A stretch of 64,000 nucleotides of DNA from the NCBI RefSeq assembly GCF_044324875.1, contig NZ_CP172185.1; one strand, 5' to 3'. The stretch's first letter is position 1, and every line of letters starts with the position of its first letter. A model generated the notes under the pieces. That model had not been told where the DNA came from. It ran no database searches and saw only the letters and a list, made by a program, of their open reading frames with translations. This DNA comes from Escherichia coli. GTDB lineage: Bacteria; Pseudomonadota; Gammaproteobacteria; Enterobacterales; Enterobacteriaceae. The translations under genes and the position numbers were made by a program. Of this stretch, positions 1-11,040 are shown piece by piece.

Positions 1-8
1 AATCAAAA

Positions 9-35
9 AGCCCGCAGCAATGTGCGGGCGTTAGT
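9..35 (-). terminator. intrinsic terminator downstream of uspF
   Basis: Inverted repeat gcccgcagcaatgtgcgggc followed by a T-run on the minus strand, immediately 3' of the uspF stop. Confidence 0.5.
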
Positions 36-36
36 G

Positions 37-552
<516 letters not shown>

Positions 553-611
553 TTAGATCAAAGGAGGGAGAATAAGCAGAAAAAGCCCGCCATAACAGCG
601 GGCAGGAGGAT

Positions 612-1730
612 TTAGAACTGATAAACCAGACCTAAAGCGACAATATCATCGGTAGAGATGCCGTTGGCAGCGTAGAAGCTGTCATCTTCATCCAACAGGT
701 TGATTTTATAGTCAACGTAGGTGGACATATTTTTGTTGAAATAGTAAGTCGCGCCAACATCGGCGTATTTAACCAGATCTTTATCACCGTCGGTACCGAC
801 CAAATCCTTGCCTTTAGACATCAGGAAAGAGACTGCCGGACGCAGCCCAAAATCGAACTGATACTGCGCAGTAACTTCAAAGTTCTGGGTTTTGTTGGCA
901 ATCGTATTTGTTGAATCACCGTAAGGTGTCATGTTACGCGTTTCAGAATACATGGTCGCCAGGTAGATATTGTTAGCATCGTATTTTGCCCCGGCAGTCC
1001 AGGCGTCAGCCTTATCGCCTTTTGCGGTAGAGAATTCAGCCTGCTGGTTAGTGCGATCGGAGCTGGTATAGGCGGCACCAAAACTCATGCCCATACCTAA
1101 GTCGTAGGTAGTGGAGATGCCAAAACCGTCGCCATTGGCGTTCTTAATGTTTCGATCACCACCGTTTGCGGTACCTTCTTGCTCATGGGTGACCTGGTTT
1201 TCATTCGCGCCCTGGTACTGTAACGCAAAATTCAGACCATCAACCAGACCGAAGAAATCAGTATTACGATAGGTTGCTACGCCATTGGCTCGACCGGTCA
1301 TATAGTTATCGGCTTTGGTATAAGAGTCACCACCGAATTCCGGTAGCATATCGGTCCAGCCTTCGATGTCGTACATTACGCCATAATTACGACCATAGTC
1401 GAATGAACCCAATTCACCAAATTTCAGACCGGCAAAAGCAAGACGAGTCCAGGAATCACCTTTATCACCTTCAGAGCCATTAGCCTGCACGTTATATTCC
1501 CACTGGCCATACCCAACCAGTTGATCCGTGATTTGCGTTTCACCCTTAAAACCAAAACGCACATAAGTTTGATCACCATCACTATTGGCATTATCAGAAA
1601 AATAATGCAGGCCATCAACTTTGCCATACAGATCTAATTTGTTGCCGTCTTTATTATAAACTTCGGCTGCATGTGCAGCACCTGCGGCGAGCAGGGCAGG
1701 AATTAAAAGTGCCAGTACTTTGCTTTTCAT
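612..1730 (-). CDS. ompN: outer membrane porin N
   Basis: 372-aa ORF with signal peptide [21 protein letters not shown] and the OmpC/OmpF-type porin start [17 protein letters not shown]-terminal F typical of beta-barrel porins; intrinsic terminator hairpin at about 583..606. Confidence 0.9.
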   Translation of the reverse strand: MKSKVLALLIPALLAAGAAHAAEVYNKDGNKLDLYGKVDGLHYFSDNANSDGDQTYVRFGFKGETQITDQLVGYGQWEYNVQANGSEGDKGDSWTRLAFAGLKFGELGSFDYGRNYGVMYDIEGWTDMLPEFGGDSYTKADNYMTGRANGVATYRNTDFFGLVDGLNFALQYQGANENQVTHEQEGTANGGDRNIKNANGDGFGISTTYDLGMGMSFGAAYTSSDRTNQQAEFSTAKGDKADAWTAGAKYDANNIYLATMYSETRNMTPYGDSTNTIANKTQNFEVTAQYQFDFGLRPAVSFLMSKGKDLVGTDGDKDLVKYADVGATYYFNKNMSTYVDYKINLLDEDDSFYAANGISTDDIVALGLVYQF

Positions 1731-1958
1731 TGAATAAATCCTTTAGTTATTTTATTTGCCTTTTCATCCCCATTTTGGGGAGTGAAAGCATCCTAAAGGA
1801 GAAGTTCAGTTAGCCGATAAATATCATTTGTTACGCCTTAAGTAAAACCTTAATCAAATAATTCTTCTGAAATGATAATAAGTCTGGTGAATGTATTGAA
1901 GATAATACATACAAAATAAAAATTATACTTTTAATTTGCTATACGTTATTCTGCGCGG

Positions 1959-2067
1959 GTTATATGCCTTTATTGTCACAGATTTTATTTTCTGTTGGGC
2001 CATTGCGTTGCTACTGATTTTCCAACATATAAAAAGACAAGCCCGAACAGTCGTCCGGGCTTTTTTT
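1959..2067 (+). ncRNA. micC: MicC small regulatory RNA (ompC-targeting, Hfq-dependent)
   Basis: Sequence gttatatgcctttattgtcacagattttattttctgttgggccattgc...caagcccgaacagtcgtccgggcttttttt matches the MicC sequence as I remember it, ending in a hairpin plus T-run; lies in the ompN-ydbK intergenic region as in K-12. Confidence 0.85.
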
Positions 2068-2096
2068 TAGAATTGGATAATTCTTATCCAGAGCAT

Positions 2097-5000
2097 TTAA
2101 TCGGTGTTGCTTTTTTCCGCTTTTCCGGCCATTTGTGCCAGGAAGTCATAGCGTTTTTGCAAATCAGCTGCAGCATCTTTCCATAACTGCTCTGCCACTT
2201 CTGGCTGCTGCGAATTCAGACGACGGAAACGTTGCTCATGAAGTAACGTTTCTTCCAGTGCTTCTGACGGCGGGCGTGAATCCAGTGCCAGCGGCAGTTT
2301 GCCTTCATCGGCTCGACGTGGATCGAAGCGATATAGCGGCCAGAAGCCGGTGGCAGTGAGTTGGCGCATCTGGTCGTGACTGAGTGCCAGATCGTAACCA
2401 TGCTCTTCACACGGGCTATAAGCGATGATCAGCGATGGTCCCGGATACGCTTCTGCTTCCTGAATCGCTTTCACTGTCTGGTTCAGCTGTGCACCAAGAG
2501 ATATCTGCGCCACATAAACATGACCGTACATCATCATACTGACGCCAAGATCTTTACGCGCTTTACGTTTGCCGTGCTCGCCAAACTTAGTCACCGCGCC
2601 AAGCGGCGTGGCTTTTGACGCCTGACCACCGGTATTGGAATAGCATTGCGTATCCAGCACCAGAATGTTGACGTTTTCCGTCAAACTCAATACATGATCC
2701 AGACCGCCAAAGCCGATATCGTAAGCCCAGCCGTCGCCACCAATCAGCCAGATTGATTTTTCCACCAGTGCATCTGCGTCACGTAGCAGTTCATGTGCTT
2801 CGGCAACATCGTTGAGTTGCTGGCGTAAAGCTGCGACCTGTTCTCGACGAACCTCTGGCGTGGCGTCTGATTTCAACGCAGTCAGTAATTCCGCCGGGAT
2901 TTTATCGGCAAATTGATCCAGCAGACGCAGCACGCGGACACGGTGTTGATCGACCGTCAGGCGGAAACCAAGGCCAAATTCGGCGTTATCTTCAAATAGC
3001 GAGTTCGCCCATGCCGGTCCACGACCGTTGGCATCGGTGGTATACGGTGTAGAGGGCAGGTTACCGCCATAAATTGAAGAACAGCCGGTGGCGTTAGCGA
3101 TCAACATCCGGTCACCATAGAGCTGAGTCAGCAATTTAATATACGGCGTCTCGCCACAACCGGAGCAAGCACCTGAATATTCAAACAGTGGTGTAATCAG
3201 CTGCGATGTACGAATATCAATACGTTCCAGTTTGCTACGGTCGATTTCTGGGAGGTTGAGGAAGAAATCGTAATTGATTTTCTCTTCTTCGACATGTTCC
3301 AGGCGAGACATCATATTGATGGCTTTAATCTCTGGATTCTGACGGTCTTTCGCCGGGCAAACTTCGACGCACAGGTTACAACCGGTGCAATCTTCCGGAG
3401 CCACCTGCAAGACATATTTCTGCCCGCGCATATCACGCGATTTCACATCCAGCGAATGCAGGCTGGCAGGGGCGTTTTCCATCGCTTCAGGCGGTACCAC
3501 TTTTGCGCGAATAGCTGAGTGTGGGCAAGCAGCGACGCAGTGGTTACATTGGGTACAGAGTTCCTCTTTCCAGATGGGGATCTCTTCGGCGATATTGCGT
3601 TTTTCCCAGCGCGTGGTGCCCATCGGCCAGGTGCCGTCTGGCGGCAGCGCCGAAACGGGGAGGGCATCACCAAGCCCGGCGAGCATCGCCGCGGTAACGG
3701 TTTTCACGAAATCAGGAGCGGCATCGGAAACCACAGGCGGTCGATTGGCGCTGTGCGGATTAACCGGCTGCAACGGAACTTCTTCTACGGATTCACGCGC
3801 CAGCGCCAGAGCCTGCCAGTTGCGCTCCACCAGATCCTGACCTTTGCTACTGTAACTTTTGGCAATCGCACCCTGCAATTCTGCGAGGGCGCTATCGCCA
3901 GGCAGAATTTGCGTCAGATGGAAAAAAGCCATCTGCATGACGGTATTAATACGGGCCGCCAGGCCACATTCGCGGGCGATTTTCGCCGCGTTAATCACAT
4001 AGAAGCGCGCTTTTTTCTGATTTAACACGGCCTGAACTTCTTGCGGCAAGCGCGACCACACTTCATCTGCGCTGTACGGCGTGTTGAGCAGGAAAATGCC
4101 GCCAGGTTTTAAACGCTCAGCCATCTGATATTTATCGATAAACTGCAACTGGTGGCAGCCAACAAAATCAGCCTGGGAAATGAGATAAGCGGAACGAATC
4201 GGCTGTTCGCTCACGCGAAGGTGAGAAACCGTCAGGCCGCCCGCCTTTTTGGAGTCGTAAACAAAATAGCCCTGTGCGTACCACGGCGTGGAATTACCGA
4301 TAATCTTGATATTGTTTTTGGTCGCGGAAACGCTGCCATCACTACCAAGGCCATAAAACAAGGCTTCCAGTTTCGCCGAGTTTGGCAGGGTGTTTTCCGG
4401 CAACGGCAGTGACAGATTGGTTACATCATCGTAAATACCAACCGTAAAGCGCGCTTTCGGTTTAGCCGCGTTGAGCTCGGCAAATACCGCCAGTACACAG
4501 TCCGGGCCAAATTCTTTGGATGAAAGACCATAGCGCCCACCAATGACACGGGGCAGGGTTTCGCGCTCGCCATTATTAAAGGCTTCTGCCAGTGCGGTCA
4601 TCACATCCAGATAGAGCGGTTCTGCCTGGGCACCGGGTTCTTTGGTTCTGTCCAGTACCGCCACGCTGCGTACGGATCCCGGCAGAGCTTGCAACAAGTG
4701 TTTGGCGGAGAAGGGACGGTACAGGCGAACTTTCAGCACGCCGACTTTTTCGCCACGGGTTAGCAATTCATCAACCACTTCTTCACAGGTGCCAATGGCA
4801 GAGCCCATCAGGATAATCACCCGTTCCGCTTGCGGATGCCCGTAATACTCAAACGGCTGATACTGACGACCTGTCGCGGCAGCGAAATCATTCATCGCCT
4901 GTTCAACATGGTCGTAAACTGCGTTGTACCACGGGTTGGTGGCTTCACGTGACTGGAAGTAGGTGTCCGGGTTAGCCGAGGTACCGCGAATCACCGGATG

Positions 5001-5621
5001 CTCCGGATTCAGCGCGCGGGCGCGATGAGCATCAATTTCGGCCTGCGGCATCAGTTCAAGAATCGTGTCATCGGCCAGCGGGACAATTTTATTGATCTCG
5101 TGGGACGTGCGGAAACCATCAAAGAAATGAATAAATGGCACGCGACTCTTCAGCGTCGCGATGTGCGAAATAAGAGCAAAGTCTTGCGCTTCCTGGACGT
5201 TTGCTGCACACAACATCGCGCAACCCGTCTGGCGCACCGCCATAACGTCGGAATGATCGCCAAAAATAGAGAGTGCATGTGTGGCAACGGTACGTGCCGC
5301 TACATGCAGGACAAATGGCGTCAGTTCGCCTGCCAGTTTGTACAGCGTCGGGATCATCAGCAGCAAACCCTGCGATGACGTAAACGATGTTGAAAGGGCA
5401 CCCGTCTGCAAAGCGCCATGCACGGTAGCGATAGCACCCGCTTCCGACTGCATTTCAACCACGCGTGGTGTGTCTCCCCAAACGTTCTTCAAGCCGTTTC
5501 CGGCCCAGGCATCAGCCTGTTCTGCCATCGTGGAACTGGGGGTAATAGGGTAGATGGCGATAACTTCACTGGTGCGAAACGCCACCGAAGCAACCGCGCC
5601 ATTACCGTCAATAGTAATCAT
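2097..5621 (-). CDS. ydbK: pyruvate:flavodoxin/ferredoxin oxidoreductase (PFOR, NifJ-like)
   Basis: 1174-aa ORF; N-terminal MITIDGNGAVASVAFR; 4Fe-4S ferredoxin motifs CTQCNHCVAACP and CTGCNLCVEVCP; thiamine-diphosphate-domain motif GGDGW. Confidence 0.9.
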   Translation of the reverse strand: MITIDGNGAVASVAFRTSEVIAIYPITPSSTMAEQADAWAGNGLKNVWGDTPRVVEMQSEAGAIATVHGALQTGALSTSFTSSQGLLLMIPTLYKLAGELTPFVLHVAARTVATHALSIFGDHSDVMAVRQTGCAMLCAANVQEAQDFALISHIATLKSRVPFIHFFDGFRTSHEINKIVPLADDTILELMPQAEIDAHRARALNPEHPVIRGTSANPDTYFQSREATNPWYNAVYDHVEQAMNDFAAATGRQYQPFEYYGHPQAERVIILMGSAIGTCEEVVDELLTRGEKVGVLKVRLYRPFSAKHLLQALPGSVRSVAVLDRTKEPGAQAEPLYLDVMTALAEAFNNGERETLPRVIGGRYGLSSKEFGPDCVLAVFAELNAAKPKARFTVGIYDDVTNLSLPLPENTLPNSAKLEALFYGLGSDGSVSATKNNIKIIGNSTPWYAQGYFVYDSKKAGGLTVSHLRVSEQPIRSAYLISQADFVGCHQLQFIDKYQMAERLKPGGIFLLNTPYSADEVWSRLPQEVQAVLNQKKARFYVINAAKIARECGLAARINTVMQMAFFHLTQILPGDSALAELQGAIAKSYSSKGQDLVERNWQALALARESVEEVPLQPVNPHSANRPPVVSDAAPDFVKTVTAAMLAGLGDALPVSALPPDGTWPMGTTRWEKRNIAEEIPIWKEELCTQCNHCVAACPHSAIRAKVVPPEAMENAPASLHSLDVKSRDMRGQKYVLQVAPEDCTGCNLCVEVCPAKDRQNPEIKAINMMSRLEHVEEEKINYDFFLNLPEIDRSKLERIDIRTSQLITPLFEYSGACSGCGETPYIKLLTQLYGDRMLIANATGCSSIYGGNLPSTPYTTDANGRGPAWANSLFEDNAEFGLGFRLTVDQHRVRVLRLLDQFADKIPAELLTALKSDATPEVRREQVAALRQQLNDVAEAHELLRDADALVEKSIWLIGGDGWAYDIGFGGLDHVLSLTENVNILVLDTQCYSNTGGQASKATPLGAVTKFGEHGKRKARKDLGVSMMMYGHVYVAQISLGAQLNQTVKAIQEAEAYPGPSLIIAYSPCEEHGYDLALSHDQMRQLTATGFWPLYRFDPRRADEGKLPLALDSRPPSEALEETLLHEQRFRRLNSQQPEVAEQLWKDAAADLQKRYDFLAQMAGKAEKSNTD

Positions 5622-5894
5622 ATGACACCCTTACATTGCGCAAATGAGGGGCGCACGAAATTGCTGCGCGCCCAGTAGTTATCTTTCAATTTTAGCAAAT
5701 GGCTTTCTTCTGCATTTTCGCTTTTGTGTCCCCCACATCAGCGTAATGAATGTTTTGATCAAACAGAGGGCAAAAAAATAGCCATAAAAAAGTAAAAATG
5801 CGGGGCAACGCGCAGGACAGCTCTCGACGCCGCCCTCTGTGCTGCCTATTATTTATGGCGGTGTCGTTTGGCTTGAAGATCAGAGGAAGAAAAG

Positions 5895-6161
5895 ATGCGA
5901 GCAGCGTTTTGGGTAGGGTGTGCCGCTTTATTATTGTCGGCGTGTAGTAGTGAACCTGTTCAGCAGGCGACTGCGGCGCACGTAGCGCCAGGTTTAAAAG
6001 CGTCGATGTCCAGTAGTGGAGAAGCAAATTGTGCAATGATCGGCGGTTCGCTTTCTGTTGCCCGTCAACTGGATGGTACGGCGATTGGGATGTGTGCATT
6101 ACCCAACGGCAAACGCTGTAGCGAACAGTCACTTGCCGCCGGGAGCTGTGGCAGCTATTAA
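5895..6161 (+). CDS. ydbJ: small lipoprotein (DUF333 family)
   Basis: 88-aa ORF with lipoprotein-type signal (LLLSAC); conserved position between ydbK and hslJ. Confidence 0.75.
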   Translation: MRAAFWVGCAALLLSACSSEPVQQATAAHVAPGLKASMSSSGEANCAMIGGSLSVARQLDGTAIGMCALPNGKRCSEQSLAAGSCGSY

Positions 6162-6580
6162 TTCATTAAATCCGCCAGCTTATAAGTTAATGTCTGTTTC
6201 GCGGTCGCCAGCGTTAACTGGTTCGCGGTCAGATCCACTTGTGCACCTTCTTTCAGCATTTCGCTAATGGTGTTATCGAGTTCATTAAGCTGCGGGTTAG
6301 CGCACATCATACGGGTCATTGCCAGCCCTTTGGCTGTCAGTTCACCATTAGACAGTTTGCCTTCACCGCTAAAGCGGTTACACATGCTGCCGGAAATCAT
6401 CATCTTTTCACCAAAGCTGATTTCTGGCGGATTTTTATCGCTGGTCACGGGCTTACCGTTTACGCTTTCCAGCACAAAGCGATGATGCTGTAGCTGTTCT
6501 GGGGTTACAGCAATTTTGTCATTACTTACACATCCCGCCATCAGCAGGCTTAGCGCAACGAGCGCGGCTACTTTCTTCAT
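6158..6580 (-). CDS. hslJ: heat-shock lipoprotein HslJ (META domain)
   Basis: ORF 6158..6592(-); likely start at MKKVAALVALSLLMAGC (lipobox); conserved position next to ldhA. Confidence 0.8.
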   Translation of the reverse strand: MKKVAALVALSLLMAGCVSNDKIAVTPEQLQHHRFVLESVNGKPVTSDKNPPEISFGEKMMISGSMCNRFSGEGKLSNGELTAKGLAMTRMMCANPQLNELDNTISEMLKEGAQVDLTANQLTLATAKQTLTYKLADLMN

Positions 6581-6690
6581 TGTGGTTCTCAATTACAGTT
6601 TCTGACTCAGGACTATTTTAAGAATAGAGGATGAAAGGTCTTTGGGGATTATCTGAATAAGCTCCCCTGGAATGCAGGGGAGCGGCAAGA

Positions 6691-7680
6691 TTAAACCAGT
6701 TCGTTCGGGCAGGTTTCGCCTTTTTCCAGATTGCTTAAGTTTTGCAGCGTAGTCTGAGAAATACTGGTCAGTGCTTCTGCTGTCAGGAATGCCTGGTGCC
6801 CGGTAAACAGCACGTTGTGGCAGGCAGACAGACGACGGAATACGTCATCCTGGATCACGTCGTTGGATTTGTCTTCAAAGAACAGATCGCGTTCGTTCTC
6901 ATACACGTCCATACCCAACGAACCAATTTTCTGATTTTTCAGCGCTTCAATTGCCGCCTGAGAATCAATCAATGCACCGCGACTGGTATTGACGATCATC
7001 ACGCCATTTTTCATCTGATCGAAGGCGGCTTCGTTCAACAGATGGTAGTTTTCCGGTGTCAGCGGGCAGTGCAGAGAGATAACGTCTGATTCAGAGAACA
7101 GGGTTGGCAGATCGACATACTCCACACCGAGTTCCAGTGCCGCCGCACTTGGATACGGATCGAACGCCAGCAGACGCATACCAAAACCTTTCAGAATGCG
7201 CAGCATCGCCACACCGATTTTACCGGTACCGATAACGCCTGCCGTTTTGCCATACATAGTAAAGCCGGTCAGACCTTCCAGAGAGAAGTTGGCGTCACGA
7301 GTACGCTGATACGCGCGATGAATACGGCGGTTCAGCGTCATCATCATACCGATGGCGTGTTCAGCAACGGCTTCTGGATCATAGGCTGGAACACGGACTA
7401 CTTTCAGCCCCAGTTCTTTTGCCGCGTCAAGGTCGACGTTATTGAAACCGGCACAGCGCAGGGCGATATATTTAACGCCGTGCTTTTTCAGCTCTTCCAG
7501 CACCGGGCGGCTGCCGTCATCGTTTACGAAAATACATACCGCTTCGCAGCCATTGGCGGTTTTAGCGGTTTTTTCCGTCAGCAGAAAGTCAAAAAATTCC
7601 AGCTCAAAGCCAAAGGACTCGTTCACCTGTTGCAGGTACTTCTTGTCGTACTGTTTTGTGCTATAAACGGCGAGTTTCAT
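6691..7680 (-). CDS. ldhA: fermentative D-lactate dehydrogenase, NAD-dependent
   Basis: 329-aa ORF MKLAVYSTKQYDKKYLQQVNE...; D-isomer 2-hydroxyacid dehydrogenase family with NAD-binding motif GVIGTGKIG. Confidence 0.9.
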   Translation of the reverse strand: MKLAVYSTKQYDKKYLQQVNESFGFELEFFDFLLTEKTAKTANGCEAVCIFVNDDGSRPVLEELKKHGVKYIALRCAGFNNVDLDAAKELGLKVVRVPAYDPEAVAEHAIGMMMTLNRRIHRAYQRTRDANFSLEGLTGFTMYGKTAGVIGTGKIGVAMLRILKGFGMRLLAFDPYPSAAALELGVEYVDLPTLFSESDVISLHCPLTPENYHLLNEAAFDQMKNGVMIVNTSRGALIDSQAAIEALKNQKIGSLGMDVYENERDLFFEDKSNDVIQDDVFRRLSACHNVLFTGHQAFLTAEALTSISQTTLQNLSNLEKGETCPNELV

Positions 7681-7887
7681 AAGACTTTCTCCAGTGATGT
7701 TGAATCACATTTAAGCTACTAAAAATATTTTACAAAATTTCAAATATAATTGAAAGCTATGGCGATATTGAAAAATTCATCAACAACTATGCTTAGTGTA
7801 GGCGCAACCTTCAACTGAACGGTTAAACATGCCACAATACCCGTATTGAATGCTTAATTTTTCGCTAAATCAGGATATTAACTACCC

Positions 7888-10527
7888 ATGCTGGGTAAAT
7901 ATAAAGCCGTTCTCGCGCTGTTATTACTGATTATTCTTGTGCCGTTGACGCTGCTGATGACGCTCGGCCTGTGGGTTCCCACGCTGGCGGGCATCTGGCT
8001 ACCGCTCGGGACACGTATTGCATTAGATGAAAGCCCACGCATTACGCGTAAAGGTTTAATCATCCCCGATCTCCGTTATCTGGTGGGAGATTGTCAGCTT
8101 GCGCATATCACCAACGCCAGCCTTTCACATCCCAGCCGCTGGTTATTGAACGTCGGCACGGTAGAACTTGATTCTGCTTGTCTGGCGAAATTGCCGCAGA
8201 CGGAGCAATCGCCTGCCGCTCCAAAAACCCTCGCGCAGTGGCAGGCCATGTTGCCTAACACCTGGATCAATATCGATAAACTGATTTTTTCTCCCTGGCA
8301 GGAGTGGCAGGGAAAACTCTCTCTCGCGTTAACCTCTGATATCCAGCAACTGCGTTATCAGGGCGAAAAAGTTAAATTTCAAGGCCAGCTGAAAGGGCAA
8401 CAACTTACAGTCAGCGAACTGGATGTCGTCGCGTTTGAAAATCAGCCGCCGGTTAAACTGGTGGGGGAATTTACTATGCCGCTCGTGCCGGATGGACTTC
8501 CTGTAAGTGGTCATGCTACTGCGACGTTAAACTTGCCGCAGGAGCCTTCACTGGTGGATGCCGAGCTGGACTGGCAGGAAAATAGCGGGCAATTGATTGT
8601 GCTGGCACGGGATAACGGCGATCCGTTGCTCGATTTGCCGTGGCAAATTACTCGCCAACAATTGACCGTAAGCGATGGTCGCTGGAGCTGGCCGTATGCA
8701 GGTTTTCCTTTGAGTGGCCGACTGGGTGTTAAAGTCGACAACTGGCAGGCAGGGCTTGAGAACGCTCTGGTCAGCGGACGACTGAGTGTGCTGACCCAGG
8801 GGCAAGCGGGTAAGGGCAACGCGGTGCTTAATTTTGGCCCTGGAAAATTAAGCATGGATAACAGCCAGCTGCCTTTGCAGCTGACCGGTGAAGCGAAACA
8901 GGCGGATCTCATTTTATATGCCCGCTTACCTGCGCAGCTAAGCGGAAGTCTGACTGACCCAACGTTGGCCTTTGAGCCAGGTGCGTTATTACGTTCGAAG
9001 GGAAGAGTCATCGATTCGCTGGACATCGATGAAATCCGCTGGCCTTTAGCGGGTGTAAAAGTCACCCAACGTGGTGTTGACGGACGTTTGCAGGCCATTT
9101 TGCAGGCGCATGAAAATGAACTGGGCGATTTCGTGCTGCATATGGATGGACTGGCGAATGATTTTCTCCCTGACGCTGGCCGCTGGCAGTGGCGCTACTG
9201 GGGAAAAGGCAGTTTTACACCGATGAATGCCACCTGGGATGTCGCAGGAAAGGGTGAGTGGCATGACAGCACGATTACGCTGACCGATCTCTCCACCGGT
9301 TTCGACCAGTTACAATACGGTACGATGACGGTAGAAAAGCCGCGACTAATTCTCGATAAGCCCGTCGTCTGGGTACGTGACGCACAGCATCCCTCCTTTA
9401 GCGGCGCGCTGTCACTGGACGCCGGGCAAACGCTGTTTACTGGCGGCAGTGTGTTACCGCCATCAACCTTAAAATTTAGCGTCGATGGACGCGATCCGAC
9501 GTATTTCCTCTTTAAAGGCGATTTACATGCTGGTGAGATTGGCCCGGTTCGGGTAAATGGTCGCTGGGACGGTATTCGTCTGCGCGGTAACGCCTGGTGG
9601 CCTAAACAATCACTGACTGTATTCCAGCCGCTGGTGCCACCCGACTGGAAGATGAACTTACGCGATGGTGAACTGTATGCTCAGGTTGCATTTTCTGCTG
9701 CGCCTGAACAAGGATTCCGCGCGGGAGGGCACGGCGTGTTGAAAGGCGGTAGTGCCTGGATGCCAGATAATCAGGTTAACGGTGTCGATTTTGTCCTGCC
9801 TTTCCGTTTTGCTGATGGAGCCTGGCATCTGGGGACTCGCGGCCCCGTTACGTTGCGAATTGCCGAAGTGATTAATCTGGTGACAGCGAAAAATATTACG
9901 GCTGATTTGCAAGGGCGCTATCCGTGGACTGAAGAAGAACCATTGCTGTTGACTGATGTTAGCGTCGATGTGTTAGGCGGTAACGTGCTGATGAAACAAT
10001 TACGTATGCCGCAACATGACCCGGCGCTGTTGCGGCTGAATAATCTCTCATCCAGCGAACTGGTTAGCGCCGTCAATCCGAAACAATTCGCCATGTCCGG
10101 GGCATTTAGTGGTGCATTGCCGTTATGGCTAAACAACGAAAAATGGATAGTGAAGGATGGTTGGCTGGCAAATAGCGGGCCAATGACCTTGCGACTGGAT
10201 AAAGACACCGCAGATGCGGTAGTGAAAGACAATATGACCGCGGGTTCAGCAATTAACTGGTTGCGCTATATGGAAATTAGCCGTTCATCGACAAAAATTA
10301 ACTTAGATAATCTCGGTTTATTAACCATGCAGGCCAACATTACAGGTACCAGTCGCGTTGATGGTAAAAGCGGTACGGTAAACCTTAATTACCATCATGA
10401 AGAGAATATTTTTACGCTGTGGCGCAGTTTACGCTTTGGCGATAATCTCCAGGCATGGTTGGAGCAGAACGCACGTCTGCCGGGAAATGACTGTCCGCAA
10501 GGAAAAGAGTGTGAGGAAAAACAATGA
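7888..10527 (+). CDS. ydbH: AsmA-like large inner-membrane-anchored protein
   Basis: 879-aa ORF with N-terminal transmembrane segment; first gene of a ydbH-ynbE-ydbL arrangement in which the stop overlaps the ynbE start. Confidence 0.85.
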   Translation: MLGKYKAVLALLLLIILVPLTLLMTLGLWVPTLAGIWLPLGTRIALDESPRITRKGLIIPDLRYLVGDCQLAHITNASLSHPSRWLLNVGTVELDSACLAKLPQTEQSPAAPKTLAQWQAMLPNTWINIDKLIFSPWQEWQGKLSLALTSDIQQLRYQGEKVKFQGQLKGQQLTVSELDVVAFENQPPVKLVGEFTMPLVPDGLPVSGHATATLNLPQEPSLVDAELDWQENSGQLIVLARDNGDPLLDLPWQITRQQLTVSDGRWSWPYAGFPLSGRLGVKVDNWQAGLENALVSGRLSVLTQGQAGKGNAVLNFGPGKLSMDNSQLPLQLTGEAKQADLILYARLPAQLSGSLTDPTLAFEPGALLRSKGRVIDSLDIDEIRWPLAGVKVTQRGVDGRLQAILQAHENELGDFVLHMDGLANDFLPDAGRWQWRYWGKGSFTPMNATWDVAGKGEWHDSTITLTDLSTGFDQLQYGTMTVEKPRLILDKPVVWVRDAQHPSFSGALSLDAGQTLFTGGSVLPPSTLKFSVDGRDPTYFLFKGDLHAGEIGPVRVNGRWDGIRLRGNAWWPKQSLTVFQPLVPPDWKMNLRDGELYAQVAFSAAPEQGFRAGGHGVLKGGSAWMPDNQVNGVDFVLPFRFADGAWHLGTRGPVTLRIAEVINLVTAKNITADLQGRYPWTEEEPLLLTDVSVDVLGGNVLMKQLRMPQHDPALLRLNNLSSSELVSAVNPKQFAMSGAFSGALPLWLNNEKWIVKDGWLANSGPMTLRLDKDTADAVVKDNMTAGSAINWLRYMEISRSSTKINLDNLGLLTMQANITGTSRVDGKSGTVNLNYHHEENIFTLWRSLRFGDNLQAWLEQNARLPGNDCPQGKECEEKQ

Positions 10528-10709
10528 AAATTTTACTGGCTGCGTTGACGTCATCTTTTATGCTGGTTGGCTGTACGCCTCGCATTGAAGTCGCTGCACC
10601 TAAGGAACCGATCACTATCAATATGAACGTTAAAATTGAGCATGAGATCATCATCAAGGCAGACAAAGATGTCGAAGAGCTGCTTGAGACTCGTAGCGAT
10701 CTTTTCTGA
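10524..10709 (+). CDS. ynbE: small lipoprotein YnbE
   Basis: 61-aa ORF MKILLAALTSSFMLVGC (lipobox); start overlaps the ydbH stop. Confidence 0.8.
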   Translation: MKILLAALTSSFMLVGCTPRIEVAAPKEPITINMNVKIEHEIIIKADKDVEELLETRSDLF

Positions 10710-10713
10710 GGCG

Positions 10714-11040
10714 ATGATGAAGAGAAATTTAATGCTGTGTTTTGTCATTAATGCCTTATTTAGCACCAGTGCGATGGCTCTGACGCTGAATGACGCTCGA
10801 ACTCAGGGGCGTGTTGGCGAAACGTATAATGGTTATCTGGTTGCATTAAAGGCGGATACCGAAACACAGATGTTAGTCAAAAGGATTAATGAATCGCGTA
10901 ATAAGAGCTATCAACAACTCGCCATGAAAAATAATCTGCCGGTTGCGGAAGTGGAAAAATTGGCGGGGCAAAAACTGGTAGCAAAAGCTAAGCCTGGAGA
11001 ATACATTCGCGGGATAAACGGGATGTGGTTGCAAAAATAA
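10714..11040 (+). CDS. ydbL: periplasmic protein YdbL (DUF1318)
   Basis: Reading frame of ORF 10636..11040; start placed at ATGATG (10714), 4 bp after the ynbE stop, giving 108 aa with signal peptide MMKRNLMLCFVINALFSTSAMA. Confidence 0.8.
   Translation: MMKRNLMLCFVINALFSTSAMALTLNDARTQGRVGETYNGYLVALKADTETQMLVKRINESRNKSYQQLAMKNNLPVAEVEKLAGQKLVAKAKPGEYIRGINGMWLQK

Noticed and set aside
8511-9098. 195-aa minus-strand ORF inside ydbH
   Set aside because: Fully antisense to a long, well-supported gene; no independent support.
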